In this document: one piece after another, positions 29,976 through 38,260 of the stretch | How positions within the stretch are numbered: the first letter of the stretch is position 1 | Layout: each line of letters begins with the position of its first letter | From: an uncultured Candidatus Actinomarina sp. | Lineage (GTDB): Bacteria > Actinomycetota > Acidimicrobiia > Actinomarinales > Actinomarinaceae | Assembly (NCBI GenBank): GCA_902566515.1 | Contig: CACFIX010000006.1 | Span: 1 to 56,778 of the forward strand | Direction of reading: 5' to 3' | Length of the DNA: 56,778 nt | Program-made: the position numbers and the translations under genes | The notes under the pieces: generated by a model | What the model saw: the letters and a program-made list of their open reading frames with translations, nothing else | Databases searched by the model: none | What the model was told of the DNA's origin: nothing

Positions 29976-30365
29976 ATGAAGGTATTTATACGCCTTGGTG
30001 TAATTAATATTTCAGTATTAGGATTTACTGTTGCAGTTGCATTGCTCGTATTTAATAATCAGTTCTTTGACTTTGTTGGCATCACTGTCTCTGAAAACTA
30101 TGCATTAAATCAAATAAAAGCAGATATTGGAGGTCTTTGGATTCTATTAGGTGTCGCCCCACTTCTTTGGTTTAGAACAAAAGATAATTTCTGGATAAGA
30201 ATTATTTTTGTGACTATAGGATTTGTAATGATTGCTAGGGTTATTAGTTTTGTGCAAGAAGGAATTCATCCAATTTCAATTGTTCTATTAGTTGGTGAGA
30301 TAAATCTCTTTTTATTTACGCGATATATCTTAAAAAAATTCCCTGATGGATCATTTTTTTATTAA
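29976..30365 (+). CDS. 4-TM membrane protein (DUF4345-like)
   Basis: A..GG, R..S...EG and E in the last TM helix. Confidence 0.65.
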   Translation: MKVFIRLGVINISVLGFTVAVALLVFNNQFFDFVGITVSENYALNQIKADIGGLWILLGVAPLLWFRTKDNFWIRIIFVTIGFVMIARVISFVQEGIHPISIVLLVGEINLFLFTRYILKKFPDGSFFY

Positions 30366-30396
30366 ATAAAATAATTTGGACTAAAATTAAGTAGTT

Positions 30397-30477
30397 ATGA
30401 ACGCTACAAGAATATTGATAGGTGCATTTATACTTCTAATACCTTTGTTTTGTGGTTTCCTCTTACTCACCCAATAA
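30397..30477 (+). CDS. Possible 26-aa hydrophobic peptide
   Basis: MNATRILIGAFILLIPLFCGFLLLTQ; fills the gap, but no clear RBS. Confidence 0.3.
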   Translation: MNATRILIGAFILLIPLFCGFLLLTQ

Positions 30478-30496
30478 ATCTGTAAGAATCAGTAAG

Positions 30497-30673
30497 CTAG
30501 GAAACGTTGGGACTCTCATCAAAAGGTTCGTCGTATCTGCTTTCATAAAAATCTTCAGCTGTCCTGTATATTTTTTTTGAAGTAACAAGTATCGTGACAA
30601 TACCTTTTTTTACGAGCCATCTGTATGGTGCAGAAAATAGTCTTTTTTCTAGTGCTAAAAATTTCTTAAACAT
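30497..30673 (-). CDS. 58-aa microprotein, paralog of 28446..28631 (not in ORF track)
   Basis: MFKKFLALEKRLFSAPYRWLVKKGIV...; ATG overlaps the upstream stop (TAATG). Confidence 0.7.
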   Translation of the reverse strand: MFKKFLALEKRLFSAPYRWLVKKGIVTILVTSKKIYRTAEDFYESRYDEPFDESPNVS

Positions 30674-31080
30674 TAGCTCAAGCTTAGCAGGTACAGTGTT
30701 CTGCTGTTAACTTCAGAGATCTCTTCTAAGATATTTTCAATATCATCAAATGAGTTTGATTCATTTAGTTCTGATACAAATCCGGATAACTGTGTTACTT
30801 GATTTTTGAATTCATTGATTCTATTTTTGGTCTCTTCTTTAGAGAAATAATTTTCTAAAGAATAAGGGCCTTCGCTAAATTTGAGTCTGGTGTTTTGATT
30901 GCCCTGCCATGACTCAACTAATTTATCATTTAATTCTGTGAGGCTTTCGTAATATTCGCCTAATGCCTCATGTTCTGCATAGGATTGTGTCTGCCAATGA
31001 AAGACTTGAATATTGTTCAAGAAACTCATTGTGTATGAAACAAATTCATCTATCTTTACATTTAGTGTTTTTACGTTCAT
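30673..31080 (-). CDS. Ferritin/Dps-like protein of the phage-associated DUF5856 type
   Basis: FHWQT.SYAEHEALG.YY..L...D..VE.WQG and terminal YLLSLS. Confidence 0.8.
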   Translation of the reverse strand: MNVKTLNVKIDEFVSYTMSFLNNIQVFHWQTQSYAEHEALGEYYESLTELNDKLVESWQGNQNTRLKFSEGPYSLENYFSKEETKNRINEFKNQVTQLSGFVSELNESNSFDDIENILEEISEVNSRTLYLLSLS

Positions 31081-31156
31081 ATTTTTATTAAAACAATTAT
31101 ATGGTTTTATGAGAAATTTATTTTTTAACTTTTACTATTTTCTTCCTGATTTATTT

Positions 31157-31184
31157 GAAGAGCTGACTTGTTAGTCAGCCCTCC
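31157..31184 (-). terminator. Hairpin downstream of the small Cys/His ORF
   Basis: Minus strand GAGGGCTGACT-AACA-AGTCAGCTCTT; poor U-tract. Confidence 0.5.
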
Positions 31185-31191
31185 AAATGTA

Positions 31192-31335
31192 TTAGTCAAT
31201 GTAGGTCCAGTATTGATACAACGCTGCATCTGCACATCGAGCGCAGTTTATATCTTTACAGTGAAGAATGTGCTTGACTAGCATTACTATCCAAGTATCT
31301 TCTTCCTCTTCAGACCTTACAAAACCAATAGGCAT
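31192..31335 (-). CDS. 47-aa microprotein with H-x3-C-x4-C-x2-C zinc motif
   Basis: AGGAGG 7 nt before ATG 31335 (MPIGFV...); HILHCKDINCARC; upstream TTGCTT-17-TATTGT promoter. Confidence 0.65.
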   Translation of the reverse strand: MPIGFVRSEEEEDTWIVMLVKHILHCKDINCARCADAALYQYWTYID

Positions 31336-31619
31336 AGAAATACCTCCTGGGTGGTTGGTTGTTTGGGACTGGACTAAAAACAATAATACAAAGTCGTTTA
31401 TAAAGCAAGCATTCTACTAAATTTTATATTTTCCAAAAATAATCAAATTTGATAAAACAATATTTATAAATGTTAATTTTTGATCCTCAGAAATTTCTTC
31501 TTCAGTTTCAACACATTTAATAATATTGTTGATTAGCGCAACAACTTTTGGGTTATCTAACTCCCACATTTGAGATTGTTTACAAATTGCTTTAATAAAC
31601 TCTAGATGATGTGAAACCT

Positions 31620-32108
31620 CTATACATTATCTACACCCCAATCTTTACAGATAATAGTTTCTGTATTGTGTTCATATTCTATTTCAATAAAGTTAGGTTT
31701 TATAACTTTAAAATTATCAAATCTTTTATCAACTAAATTTTTCATAGGGAAAAAGAAAGTTATTTTTTTATATAGTTCTTGCTGCGGTGAATCTTTAAGT
31801 TGGTTTAAATTTTTAAATAAATTTTTAAATTTAAGCGTGCGTTCATTATGTTTCACAAATACAGCTTCAGCTCTATTTACCTCAGACGTCCAAGCGTTAA
31901 TAACTCTAGCATTAATTTGTACAACTCCTTTTTGATTGTAGCTATCTAGTTCCGTAAGAAATACTCCATTCATCCAAATACTTACACCGCCACCTCCATT
32001 TCCACCTCCTGAAGCAGTTGTGAAATTTATTGGATTCTTATCTAAATTTATATCTAGGTAATGATGGACACCATTGAAAAATGTATCGTTTACTGATATT
32101 TCTGACAT
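31620..32108 (-). CDS. Hypothetical protein downstream of a structured RNA leader
   Basis: 162-aa ORF with AAGGAG RBS and a Gly-rich loop. Confidence 0.7.
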   Translation of the reverse strand: MSEISVNDTFFNGVHHYLDINLDKNPINFTTASGGGNGGGGVSIWMNGVFLTELDSYNQKGVVQINARVINAWTSEVNRAEAVFVKHNERTLKFKNLFKNLNQLKDSPQQELYKKITFFFPMKNLVDKRFDNFKVIKPNFIEIEYEHNTETIICKDWGVDNV

Positions 32109-32139
32109 ATTTTTACTCCTTTACATTATTCAGAAGTAA

Positions 32140-32272
32140 ATAAAAAAACGAGCCACATCAGCTCGTTTTGATGAGGAACTTAATTGTCATTAAGACCACA
32201 TCCTACTCCACCTTACTTTCCTCAAAGCAGGTTGGCAGAATAATTTCTTATTCACTCCTGATGCTTAATTTA
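32140..32272 (-). ncRNA. Candidate structured leader/riboswitch or sRNA with intrinsic terminator
   Basis: GCAUCAG/CUGAUGU closing stem; GAAUAA-GAAA-UUAUUC and CUUAAU-GACA-AUUAAG GNRA hairpins; UGCUUU-GAGG-AAAGUA hairpin; terminator AAAACGAGC-7-GCUCGUUUUUUU. Confidence 0.65.
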
Positions 32273-32277
32273 ACTTT

Positions 32278-32299
32278 ATTATATTTTTGATATAAGACA
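32278..32299 (-). promoter_or_regulatory. PafBC/RecA-NDp-type promoter candidate
   Basis: TGTCTT-N10-TATAAT. Confidence 0.5.
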
Positions 32300-32304
32300 A
32301 AAAT

Positions 32305-32643
32305 TTATAATAAAAAACTAAGAATATAGGGAATAAATACAAAGAAAAAATAATAAATTCCAGAAATTGTCCAGCCTACAATCATTAAACCTACTAAACC
32401 ACCTTCAGTCAAAAATTTGAAAATAGCAATAACTCCAAACATGAGACTACCTAACAAATAAAGAGGGGAAAGAAATACTAATGCAACTATTTGTAATTTA
32501 CTTTTCTTTTTTGAACTTGGTTGTATTTCAAGGCAGATTTCACATGTATATATATCATCAGAGTGTTCGCAAGTATCAACAACGCAACGATAAGCATATC
32601 CGCAAAGAGGCTCGTCCACATCCCAGTCATTAGAAATCTGCAC
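32305..32643 (-). CDS. Hypothetical Cys-rich protein with two C-terminal TM helices
   Basis: C..C..C.H..CxxC N-terminus; abuts the upstream gene. Confidence 0.6.
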   Translation of the reverse strand: MQISNDWDVDEPLCGYAYRCVVDTCEHSDDIYTCEICLEIQPSSKKKSKLQIVALVFLSPLYLLGSLMFGVIAIFKFLTEGGLVGLMIVGWTISGIYYFFFVFIPYILSFLL

Positions 32644-32853
32644 TTACTCCTCCTCCAACATAGCTAAATCTTCCATCTCATCAGCGCAACTAACACAAAA
32701 AGCAAAAGTAGGATTATCTGAGAATATATGATTATTACAAGTCAAACATCTCGTATTTTGAGTAGCTTCAATTTGTTCCCTAAATGCTGTTGTCAAGATA
32801 TGAATAGTCATATAGTGATTTACCATATGCTCTTCGAAACTGCGCTCTTCCAT
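32644..32853 (-). CDS. Small zinc-ribbon protein
   Basis: CLTC...CVSC. Confidence 0.6.
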   Translation of the reverse strand: MEERSFEEHMVNHYMTIHILTTAFREQIEATQNTRCLTCNNHIFSDNPTFAFCVSCADEMEDLAMLEEE

Positions 32854-32856
32854 AGC

Positions 32857-33516
32857 TTATTTGTTTAGATCTCTACCATAAAAGATTACTTCTTGTATGG
32901 CGCATCTGGACTTTTGATTGTCGATATTTTGTGGATAATTTCTTACAATTTTTAAGGTTAAATCGTAAAGTATTTCTGAATTTATATCTATCCACTGTGA
33001 TGTGTTGTCGTACTCTAGTTCTTTACTTACAAAATATTTTGACTCGTTGTCGCTAGTTATACCTAAAGTTGCGACAATAATACCTTGTTCAAACACCTCT
33101 GTTGATTCTGGATTCTGAAAAACAATAAATTCAAGAAAGATTGGCTCTTTGAATGTAAAGGTAATTGTTTCATCTTGGCATATATTACTACTGCTTTGCC
33201 AAACTGTATCAAGGCTATCAAATAAATTTGAACAAAAATATTCTTCAGATAGACTTGAGGTCGAATCGCAACCTGATGGATACTTCTTTTCTAATACGAA
33301 GAAATCTTCAAAGACTTGGTCCTCGTTTTCATTTTTTTCATCTTTGATATCTCTCATAAATTTCGTGCCATTGACATCAACCACTTCTTTGCCATAGGGT
33401 GGATACTGGTTTTCTCTAGTTTCATAAGCTTCAACCATTGACTCACTTACATACCCCATGAAAAAAATGAATACAGCTAATACGGTTGTAAAAATATATT
33501 TAATCACTCTCTTCAA
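32857..33516 (-). CDS. Membrane-anchored protein with discoidin/galactose-binding-like domain
   Basis: SSSL...NLFD...T.W, ITF.F and terminal IQEV.FYG patterns. Confidence 0.6.
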   Translation of the reverse strand: MKRVIKYIFTTVLAVFIFFMGYVSESMVEAYETRENQYPPYGKEVVDVNGTKFMRDIKDEKNENEDQVFEDFFVLEKKYPSGCDSTSSLSEEYFCSNLFDSLDTVWQSSSNICQDETITFTFKEPIFLEFIVFQNPESTEVFEQGIIVATLGITSDNESKYFVSKELEYDNTSQWIDINSEILYDLTLKIVRNYPQNIDNQKSRCAIQEVIFYGRDLNK

Positions 33517-34997
33517 TTTCCTTCTTTTAGTATTTCTTCGACTGTTTTTAATCCTTTTTGGAAGTCAACTAAACCCTTCCATCCACTTTGTTGTGGACTG
33601 CACATGGGTTTTTTGTTGGAATCATATTCTGAGTAAAGTTCTTTATTTAGTTCAAGCTCCTCGATTACCTGATAACTGTACATATTGTCTCTAAGTTTTT
33701 GATCATATAAAAGTCTCAATTGCATTAAATCTATTTCTGTAAAATAGGGCGTTGTATGTGCGTAATCTGCATAAGACATCACTGAATATCTACATAAATT
33801 ATGACCTAATCCTAGAGCATGACCTAATTCATGTATAAGTATATGTTCCCTAGTAGAACTACCATACTGTGAGTCAACCCAAATCCATCCAAACTTTGCT
33901 TCATCAAAGCGATTATGTGAATGGTAAAATAACCCAGCATATTTACCTTTACAGTCATTAACTAGTTCTGAAAATCTTTTTGTACAGTTTGCAAAATGTA
34001 TTGGTAAATTCACATCATCAGCATTGTCAGAATACGAAATCTGTAATTGTGGGGCAACAATATTTAGTATATGTAATATATTATTCACAGCAGTGAGGTC
34101 AGTTTGTTTTACATTACCAAAAAGACCTAATACGACCTCTCCGTGTAGTCTGTGTTTTTGAGAAATATATTCATCAACATATTTATCTTCTTTTTCAAAA
34201 TTTACAAAATCATATTTTACATCTTTATTAAGCAAAGCGAGGGCAGCTTCATGAGGTTCAGGTAAGGTTTTGTGTAATTCTTTTAGTTGTAATTTTTGGA
34301 AATATTGATTTAAATACTCATCTTCTCCAATGTCTCGAACATCATAATTTTTTTCAAAAAAAGGACTTATTGTGTTTTTTTCGTAAAATACTGATAAATT
34401 TTCAATGTTTTCATAATTTAATTTGTTAATTTTTAAAAAAGTAGACTTATAGCAATCATCTAACTTTTTTGAGCTCGCAATTAAGTCTAATTTCCAGTCA
34501 GTTACTAAATATGTATATTTAGTATCCAATCCGTTAAAAAGGTTTAGCTGTATTTCATGTTCTTTTTTACTTATGTTTAAACGTTTTTGAAAAATTGAGT
34601 GCATATGAAAAGCATTTTTTGACGTCCTATAACTTAGAGTTGTTGGTTTAGCTACAATCTCAACTGATTTAATACCAGTTTCCCTTGGAGAGGAGGGAAA
34701 GGTAAGAATAATATTTTTTCTATCTGGAGCTATTTCTGCTTTTACTTCAGACCAAAACGTTTCGTCAGAACATATATTGTTATCGAATTGTTCAATGTCT
34801 GTCCAGCTAGTTAAAGGGTTATTAACTTGATTGTTAAGTTTTTCATCTAAAACTAGTGGTTTTTCTTGACTTTGAACACCAAGCACATATTCACCATACC
34901 AATTCATATGTTGAATAGTTGTAGATAGCTGACCAACGGCGAATATTGACCAGTAAAATATCCAAGCCATTGCGAAACCTAACAGTTTATCTGACAC
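33513..34997 (-). CDS. Exported metzincin-type (M10/matrixin-like) metallopeptidase
   Basis: HELGHALGLGH plus Met-turn SVMSY; N-terminal hydrophobic segment. Confidence 0.8.
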   Translation of the reverse strand: MSDKLLGFAMAWIFYWSIFAVGQLSTTIQHMNWYGEYVLGVQSQEKPLVLDEKLNNQVNNPLTSWTDIEQFDNNICSDETFWSEVKAEIAPDRKNIILTFPSSPRETGIKSVEIVAKPTTLSYRTSKNAFHMHSIFQKRLNISKKEHEIQLNLFNGLDTKYTYLVTDWKLDLIASSKKLDDCYKSTFLKINKLNYENIENLSVFYEKNTISPFFEKNYDVRDIGEDEYLNQYFQKLQLKELHKTLPEPHEAALALLNKDVKYDFVNFEKEDKYVDEYISQKHRLHGEVVLGLFGNVKQTDLTAVNNILHILNIVAPQLQISYSDNADDVNLPIHFANCTKRFSELVNDCKGKYAGLFYHSHNRFDEAKFGWIWVDSQYGSSTREHILIHELGHALGLGHNLCRYSVMSYADYAHTTPYFTEIDLMQLRLLYDQKLRDNMYSYQVIEELELNKELYSEYDSNKKPMCSPQQSGWKGLVDFQKGLKTVEEILKEGN

Positions 34998-35611
34998 TAT
35001 TTATTCACCCACTCCAAAATTTCTTTTGATAGTTTTTTGCCTCCAATATGAGAAGGTTCTATTGGATTTGCATAATCCTCAGGAGAAGTAAAAATATTTC
35101 TCAACTCTAAAACATCTGTGTTAAAAGTAGAAGCAGTGCTAAATACAATGTCATTAAACATCGAAACCATTGCCTTTGAGGCAAATGCAACATCTGAGTA
35201 GAACGAATCTCCTACTAAATTGCCTTCGTATACTGTGCACAACAAAAGATTAGGGTTTTGCTGAGACAGATTTTGGACAATGGTTCGATATCTATTTTTA
35301 ATTGGTGCCAGCAATACAACTGCTTGTTCTAATATCTCAATAGCAGTGAGTTCAATGTTGTTTTTTAGAAATCCTAAATGTCCTAACAGATCATTTCCGC
35401 CAATGGAAAGTACATTGTGTGTAGTAAGTTTGCTGTTAACTTCATCAAGCTGATGCTCTATAACGTCACTTGTTGTATGTCCATCAACTGCTAATTGATT
35501 AAAAACATACCCAGACTGATCTTCAAGATGTTCTTTGACGCTGAACTCTCCTGGTTGAACATAGACTTTATTATCAATAATGCTGTCTCCTAACAAACTT
35601 ATATAGGACAT
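34997..35611 (-). CDS. SGNH/GDSL hydrolase
   Basis: LLGDS, DG, SIGGND; the DxxH block reads NPIEPS. Confidence 0.85.
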   Translation of the reverse strand: MSYISLLGDSIIDNKVYVQPGEFSVKEHLEDQSGYVFNQLAVDGHTTSDVIEHQLDEVNSKLTTHNVLSIGGNDLLGHLGFLKNNIELTAIEILEQAVVLLAPIKNRYRTIVQNLSQQNPNLLLCTVYEGNLVGDSFYSDVAFASKAMVSMFNDIVFSTASTFNTDVLELRNIFTSPEDYANPIEPSHIGGKKLSKEILEWVNK

Positions 35612-35613
35612 AT

Positions 35614-35709
35614 TTATACTTTTTCCTTCTCTTTATCTGGGATTGGAGCAGTTTCAGGTTCTGGTACTGGAACGGCCTCAATTATTCTTACTGGTTTTCC
35701 TATTTCCAT
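35614..35709 (-). CDS. 31-aa Pro/Glu-rich micropeptide (not in ORF track)
   Basis: MEIGKPVRIIEAVPVPEPETAPIPDKEKEKV; AAGGA RBS; stop 2 nt before the next ATG. Confidence 0.65.
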   Translation of the reverse strand: MEIGKPVRIIEAVPVPEPETAPIPDKEKEKV

Positions 35710-35736
35710 TTTTTATCCTTTCTTTTGAGTATTTAT

Positions 35737-37074
35737 TTAAATTTCAAATACTTCATTTAAGTTTTTATTTATATCAATAAAATTTTCTAAGTATGAGAAC
35801 AATTCTGGAAACCATCTCTTTGGTTCTAATCCTTGTATTCTTTTATAGTTTCTTAGAAACAATCTGAGGTTAAGATCAAATAAGTCTGGATTGTCACTAG
35901 TAGCTGTTAATCCATTATTACATTTAGTTATACATTCATATAGGCTAAGAAAAGCAAATATTTTTTCTTGATATGCACGACAGTTGTCTTCTACATTATT
36001 ATAAAAAAAATCGTCTTCCAAGTTTTTTCTTAATAAATTTCCAAAAGTTACATCTTGGTTCTTTACCCGCCTGATACGACCTGAATCTGATAGTGGAATG
36101 ATTTTTCTTATTTCATCCAAATCTGGATTTGGTTGCTTTTTTAAAAGTTTGTTTGATATCAGTACAGTGTCTGCAATACCCCTAAGCCTCTCACTTATAT
36201 ATAAATCTTTTTCAAAAGACAAATAGCCATTATCCCAATCTGGTGGATTAAATAAATTAATATCAATTGGATTATTTTTATCAACATTAACTAGCATTTC
36301 AAAACTACATCCATATAGTTTTGAAATGCTTTTTATATAACTATTCAAAAAATCAAGCCAAACTATTGTTGAATGTATAACTTCTGAATTATCTTTATCT
36401 AAAAATTTGCCTAGCTCTTGTGAGATTGTATTAAGTTCAAAAAAGTTAATTAATAAAAATAATTTTTTTGCTTCTACTTTTTGTGACCTATATCCTTTTT
36501 CACATTCAATGATTTTTCCACTTAATGCCACTTCGCTTAAAAGTGGAAATTCTTTTAATTCAAGAGTCTTCATTGCGGGACTGTAAAAAAATAGTTCTGC
36601 ATAAGCTTTTTGTGAATCAGTACTCAAAGCCAATAATGAATTATATATATTTCTATAAAAATTATTAATTAAATTTTGAGTACTGTCGTGAGAAAAGGAG
36701 GTGTAACGACGTCCCTTAGCACCAAATTCTTTAACTGAGTAATAACCACAACTACAGTATGGATCTGGCGCAGGATGGTTATTGTAATAACAGGTTGCTT
36801 GTTGGCTCCATGGCTTCATGTGATCATAAAGATTATTTATTGAATTTGTAGGAGGTGGTGATAAATTAAATTTATTCCAACTTTGAGAGCTTCCAGCACC
36901 TCTTGTTTTTAAACCAGTTTCAACATCAAATAACCACGTTCTATAGGACGTAATTTCGTTAGGTACAAGAAGTGTTTCAATAACAGAGGGGTTGCATAAC
37001 GTACAAACAACACCATGATGATTTCTTTTTTGCGAATTGAAGTCATTACATTTACAGTTATTTACATTATTCAT
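35737..37074 (-). CDS. Hypothetical protein with H-x-AP-x3-C-x-CG-x-Y metal motif (actinobacterial/actinophage-type family)
   Basis: YRTW, CYYNNHPAPDPYCSCGYYS, EVALSGKIIE..GYRS; start moved to ATG 37074 because of TAATG coupling. Confidence 0.75.
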   Translation of the reverse strand: MNNVNNCKCNDFNSQKRNHHGVVCTLCNPSVIETLLVPNEITSYRTWLFDVETGLKTRGAGSSQSWNKFNLSPPPTNSINNLYDHMKPWSQQATCYYNNHPAPDPYCSCGYYSVKEFGAKGRRYTSFSHDSTQNLINNFYRNIYNSLLALSTDSQKAYAELFFYSPAMKTLELKEFPLLSEVALSGKIIECEKGYRSQKVEAKKLFLLINFFELNTISQELGKFLDKDNSEVIHSTIVWLDFLNSYIKSISKLYGCSFEMLVNVDKNNPIDINLFNPPDWDNGYLSFEKDLYISERLRGIADTVLISNKLLKKQPNPDLDEIRKIIPLSDSGRIRRVKNQDVTFGNLLRKNLEDDFFYNNVEDNCRAYQEKIFAFLSLYECITKCNNGLTATSDNPDLFDLNLRLFLRNYKRIQGLEPKRWFPELFSYLENFIDINKNLNEVFEI

Positions 37075-37307
37075 TAATACTTTCTCCCTACATGACCTAT
37101 ATGGAATAATCCGCAAAATCTGCATTGATACTCGCTAATTAATGTATTAGTACGCTTTCTTGCACGATATGCTTTTGTTTTAGCCATTTCTATTGTGTGA
37201 TACTTCATTTTTCTTCTACAACTCCAACACTCATAACAAAGACAGGTTGATCCATTTACCATAGACCAACACAACGCTGGTCTATTGGAAGTACGCGTTT
37301 TCATCAC
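37074..37307 (-). CDS. Small phage-type zinc-finger protein
   Basis: C..K..Y....A and Y.CxxCG.FHIGH pattern. Confidence 0.7.
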   Translation of the reverse strand: MMKTRTSNRPALCWSMVNGSTCLCYECWSCRRKMKYHTIEMAKTKAYRARKRTNTLISEYQCRFCGLFHIGHVGRKY

Positions 37308-37319
37308 TGCAGCCCTTCT

Positions 37320-37403
37320 TTTTAGTGATTTTGACCAATATTATATATGTTTTTGGTGATTATGACAAATAAAAATATCTTTTTTTTGTATTTTTCACTA
37401 ATA
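37320..37403. promoter_or_regulatory. Three NrtR-type operators overlapping divergent promoters
   Basis: GT-N7-AC cores in AT-rich imperfect palindromes at 37325, 37356 and 37388; minus-strand TTGTCA-17-TATAAT promoter overlaps the middle site. Confidence 0.7.
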
Positions 37404-37426
37404 ATAAGATTCTTTATAATTATGTT

Positions 37427-38251
37427 ATGGGTGTGAGTGAGAGATTTCCAGTATCTCTAAATGCAGTGAATATTGTTTGCTTTAGGGTTGACTGGGAAGA
37501 GAGAATGTTAAATGTTCTTCTATTAAAGAGGAGTATTTCTCCACAAAAGAATAAATGGTCGCTTCCTGGTGGTTTTGTACAAGGAGATGAAACCCTAGAA
37601 GAGGCCGCAAGAAGAATCTTCGTTAATGAGACTGGTATCTCCCCTGCATATTTAAACCAGTTTAGGTCTTATAGCGACATTAAAAGAGATAAGCGTGTTG
37701 TCAATCAACGATCTGGCCAAAAAGCACGTGTAGTAACAACTGCGTTTACTGCTATTTACACAAGTGATGAAGAGCTACAGCTAGATGAAGAGAGCGAAGA
37801 TATTAGATGGTTTAAGATTCCAAGACGTTATTTCAGTAGGTATATACCTGAAGATATGGCTTTTGATCATCATGACATGTTGCTGGAAGCTTCTAATAGA
37901 CTTCGAATATCCTTAGAATATAGTGGTTTAGCTACTCGTTTCTTGCCGAAATACTTTACATTGGGCCAAATCCAGGATATTTATGAGATTATTTGGGAGG
38001 TAGAGTTAGATCCTGCAAACTTTAGAGAGAAGCTCACCAATGTTGAGGGTTGGATTAAAGAGTCTAAATCTGGACCAAAAGATGCTGAGCCTAGAAGAGG
38101 AAAGCCTCCAACTTGGTACAAAGAGCACGATATTCCACAGTTTGATAGGATGATTACCAATCCAAATGGTGCTGTTATTAGAGAGAAAGAGTCAGAGTAT
38201 CAAAAAAACTTAGATAATCTAACTGGTGATATTCCAACAGTTAAAAATTAA
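37427..38251 (+). CDS. nrtR: NrtR-family Nudix/winged-HTH transcriptional regulator
   Basis: WSLPGGFV, degenerate Nudix box (AARRIFVNETG), MAFDH, FTL..Q..YE, NFR, RGKP. Confidence 0.88.
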   Translation: MGVSERFPVSLNAVNIVCFRVDWEERMLNVLLLKRSISPQKNKWSLPGGFVQGDETLEEAARRIFVNETGISPAYLNQFRSYSDIKRDKRVVNQRSGQKARVVTTAFTAIYTSDEELQLDEESEDIRWFKIPRRYFSRYIPEDMAFDHHDMLLEASNRLRISLEYSGLATRFLPKYFTLGQIQDIYEIIWEVELDPANFREKLTNVEGWIKESKSGPKDAEPRRGKPPTWYKEHDIPQFDRMITNPNGAVIREKESEYQKNLDNLTGDIPTVKN

Positions 38252-38260
38252 GTTAATTAA

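Noticed and set aside
31417-31569. 50-aa minus-strand ORF (MWELDNPK...)
   Set aside because: No RBS or motif; the open frame extends upstream without a start. It may be a gene remnant but cannot be supported.
32160-32200. Hammerhead ribozyme core on the + strand (TGATGAG)
   Set aside because: Lacks the CUGANGA core with a correctly placed GAAA and stems; GNRA loops and the terminator favour the minus strand.
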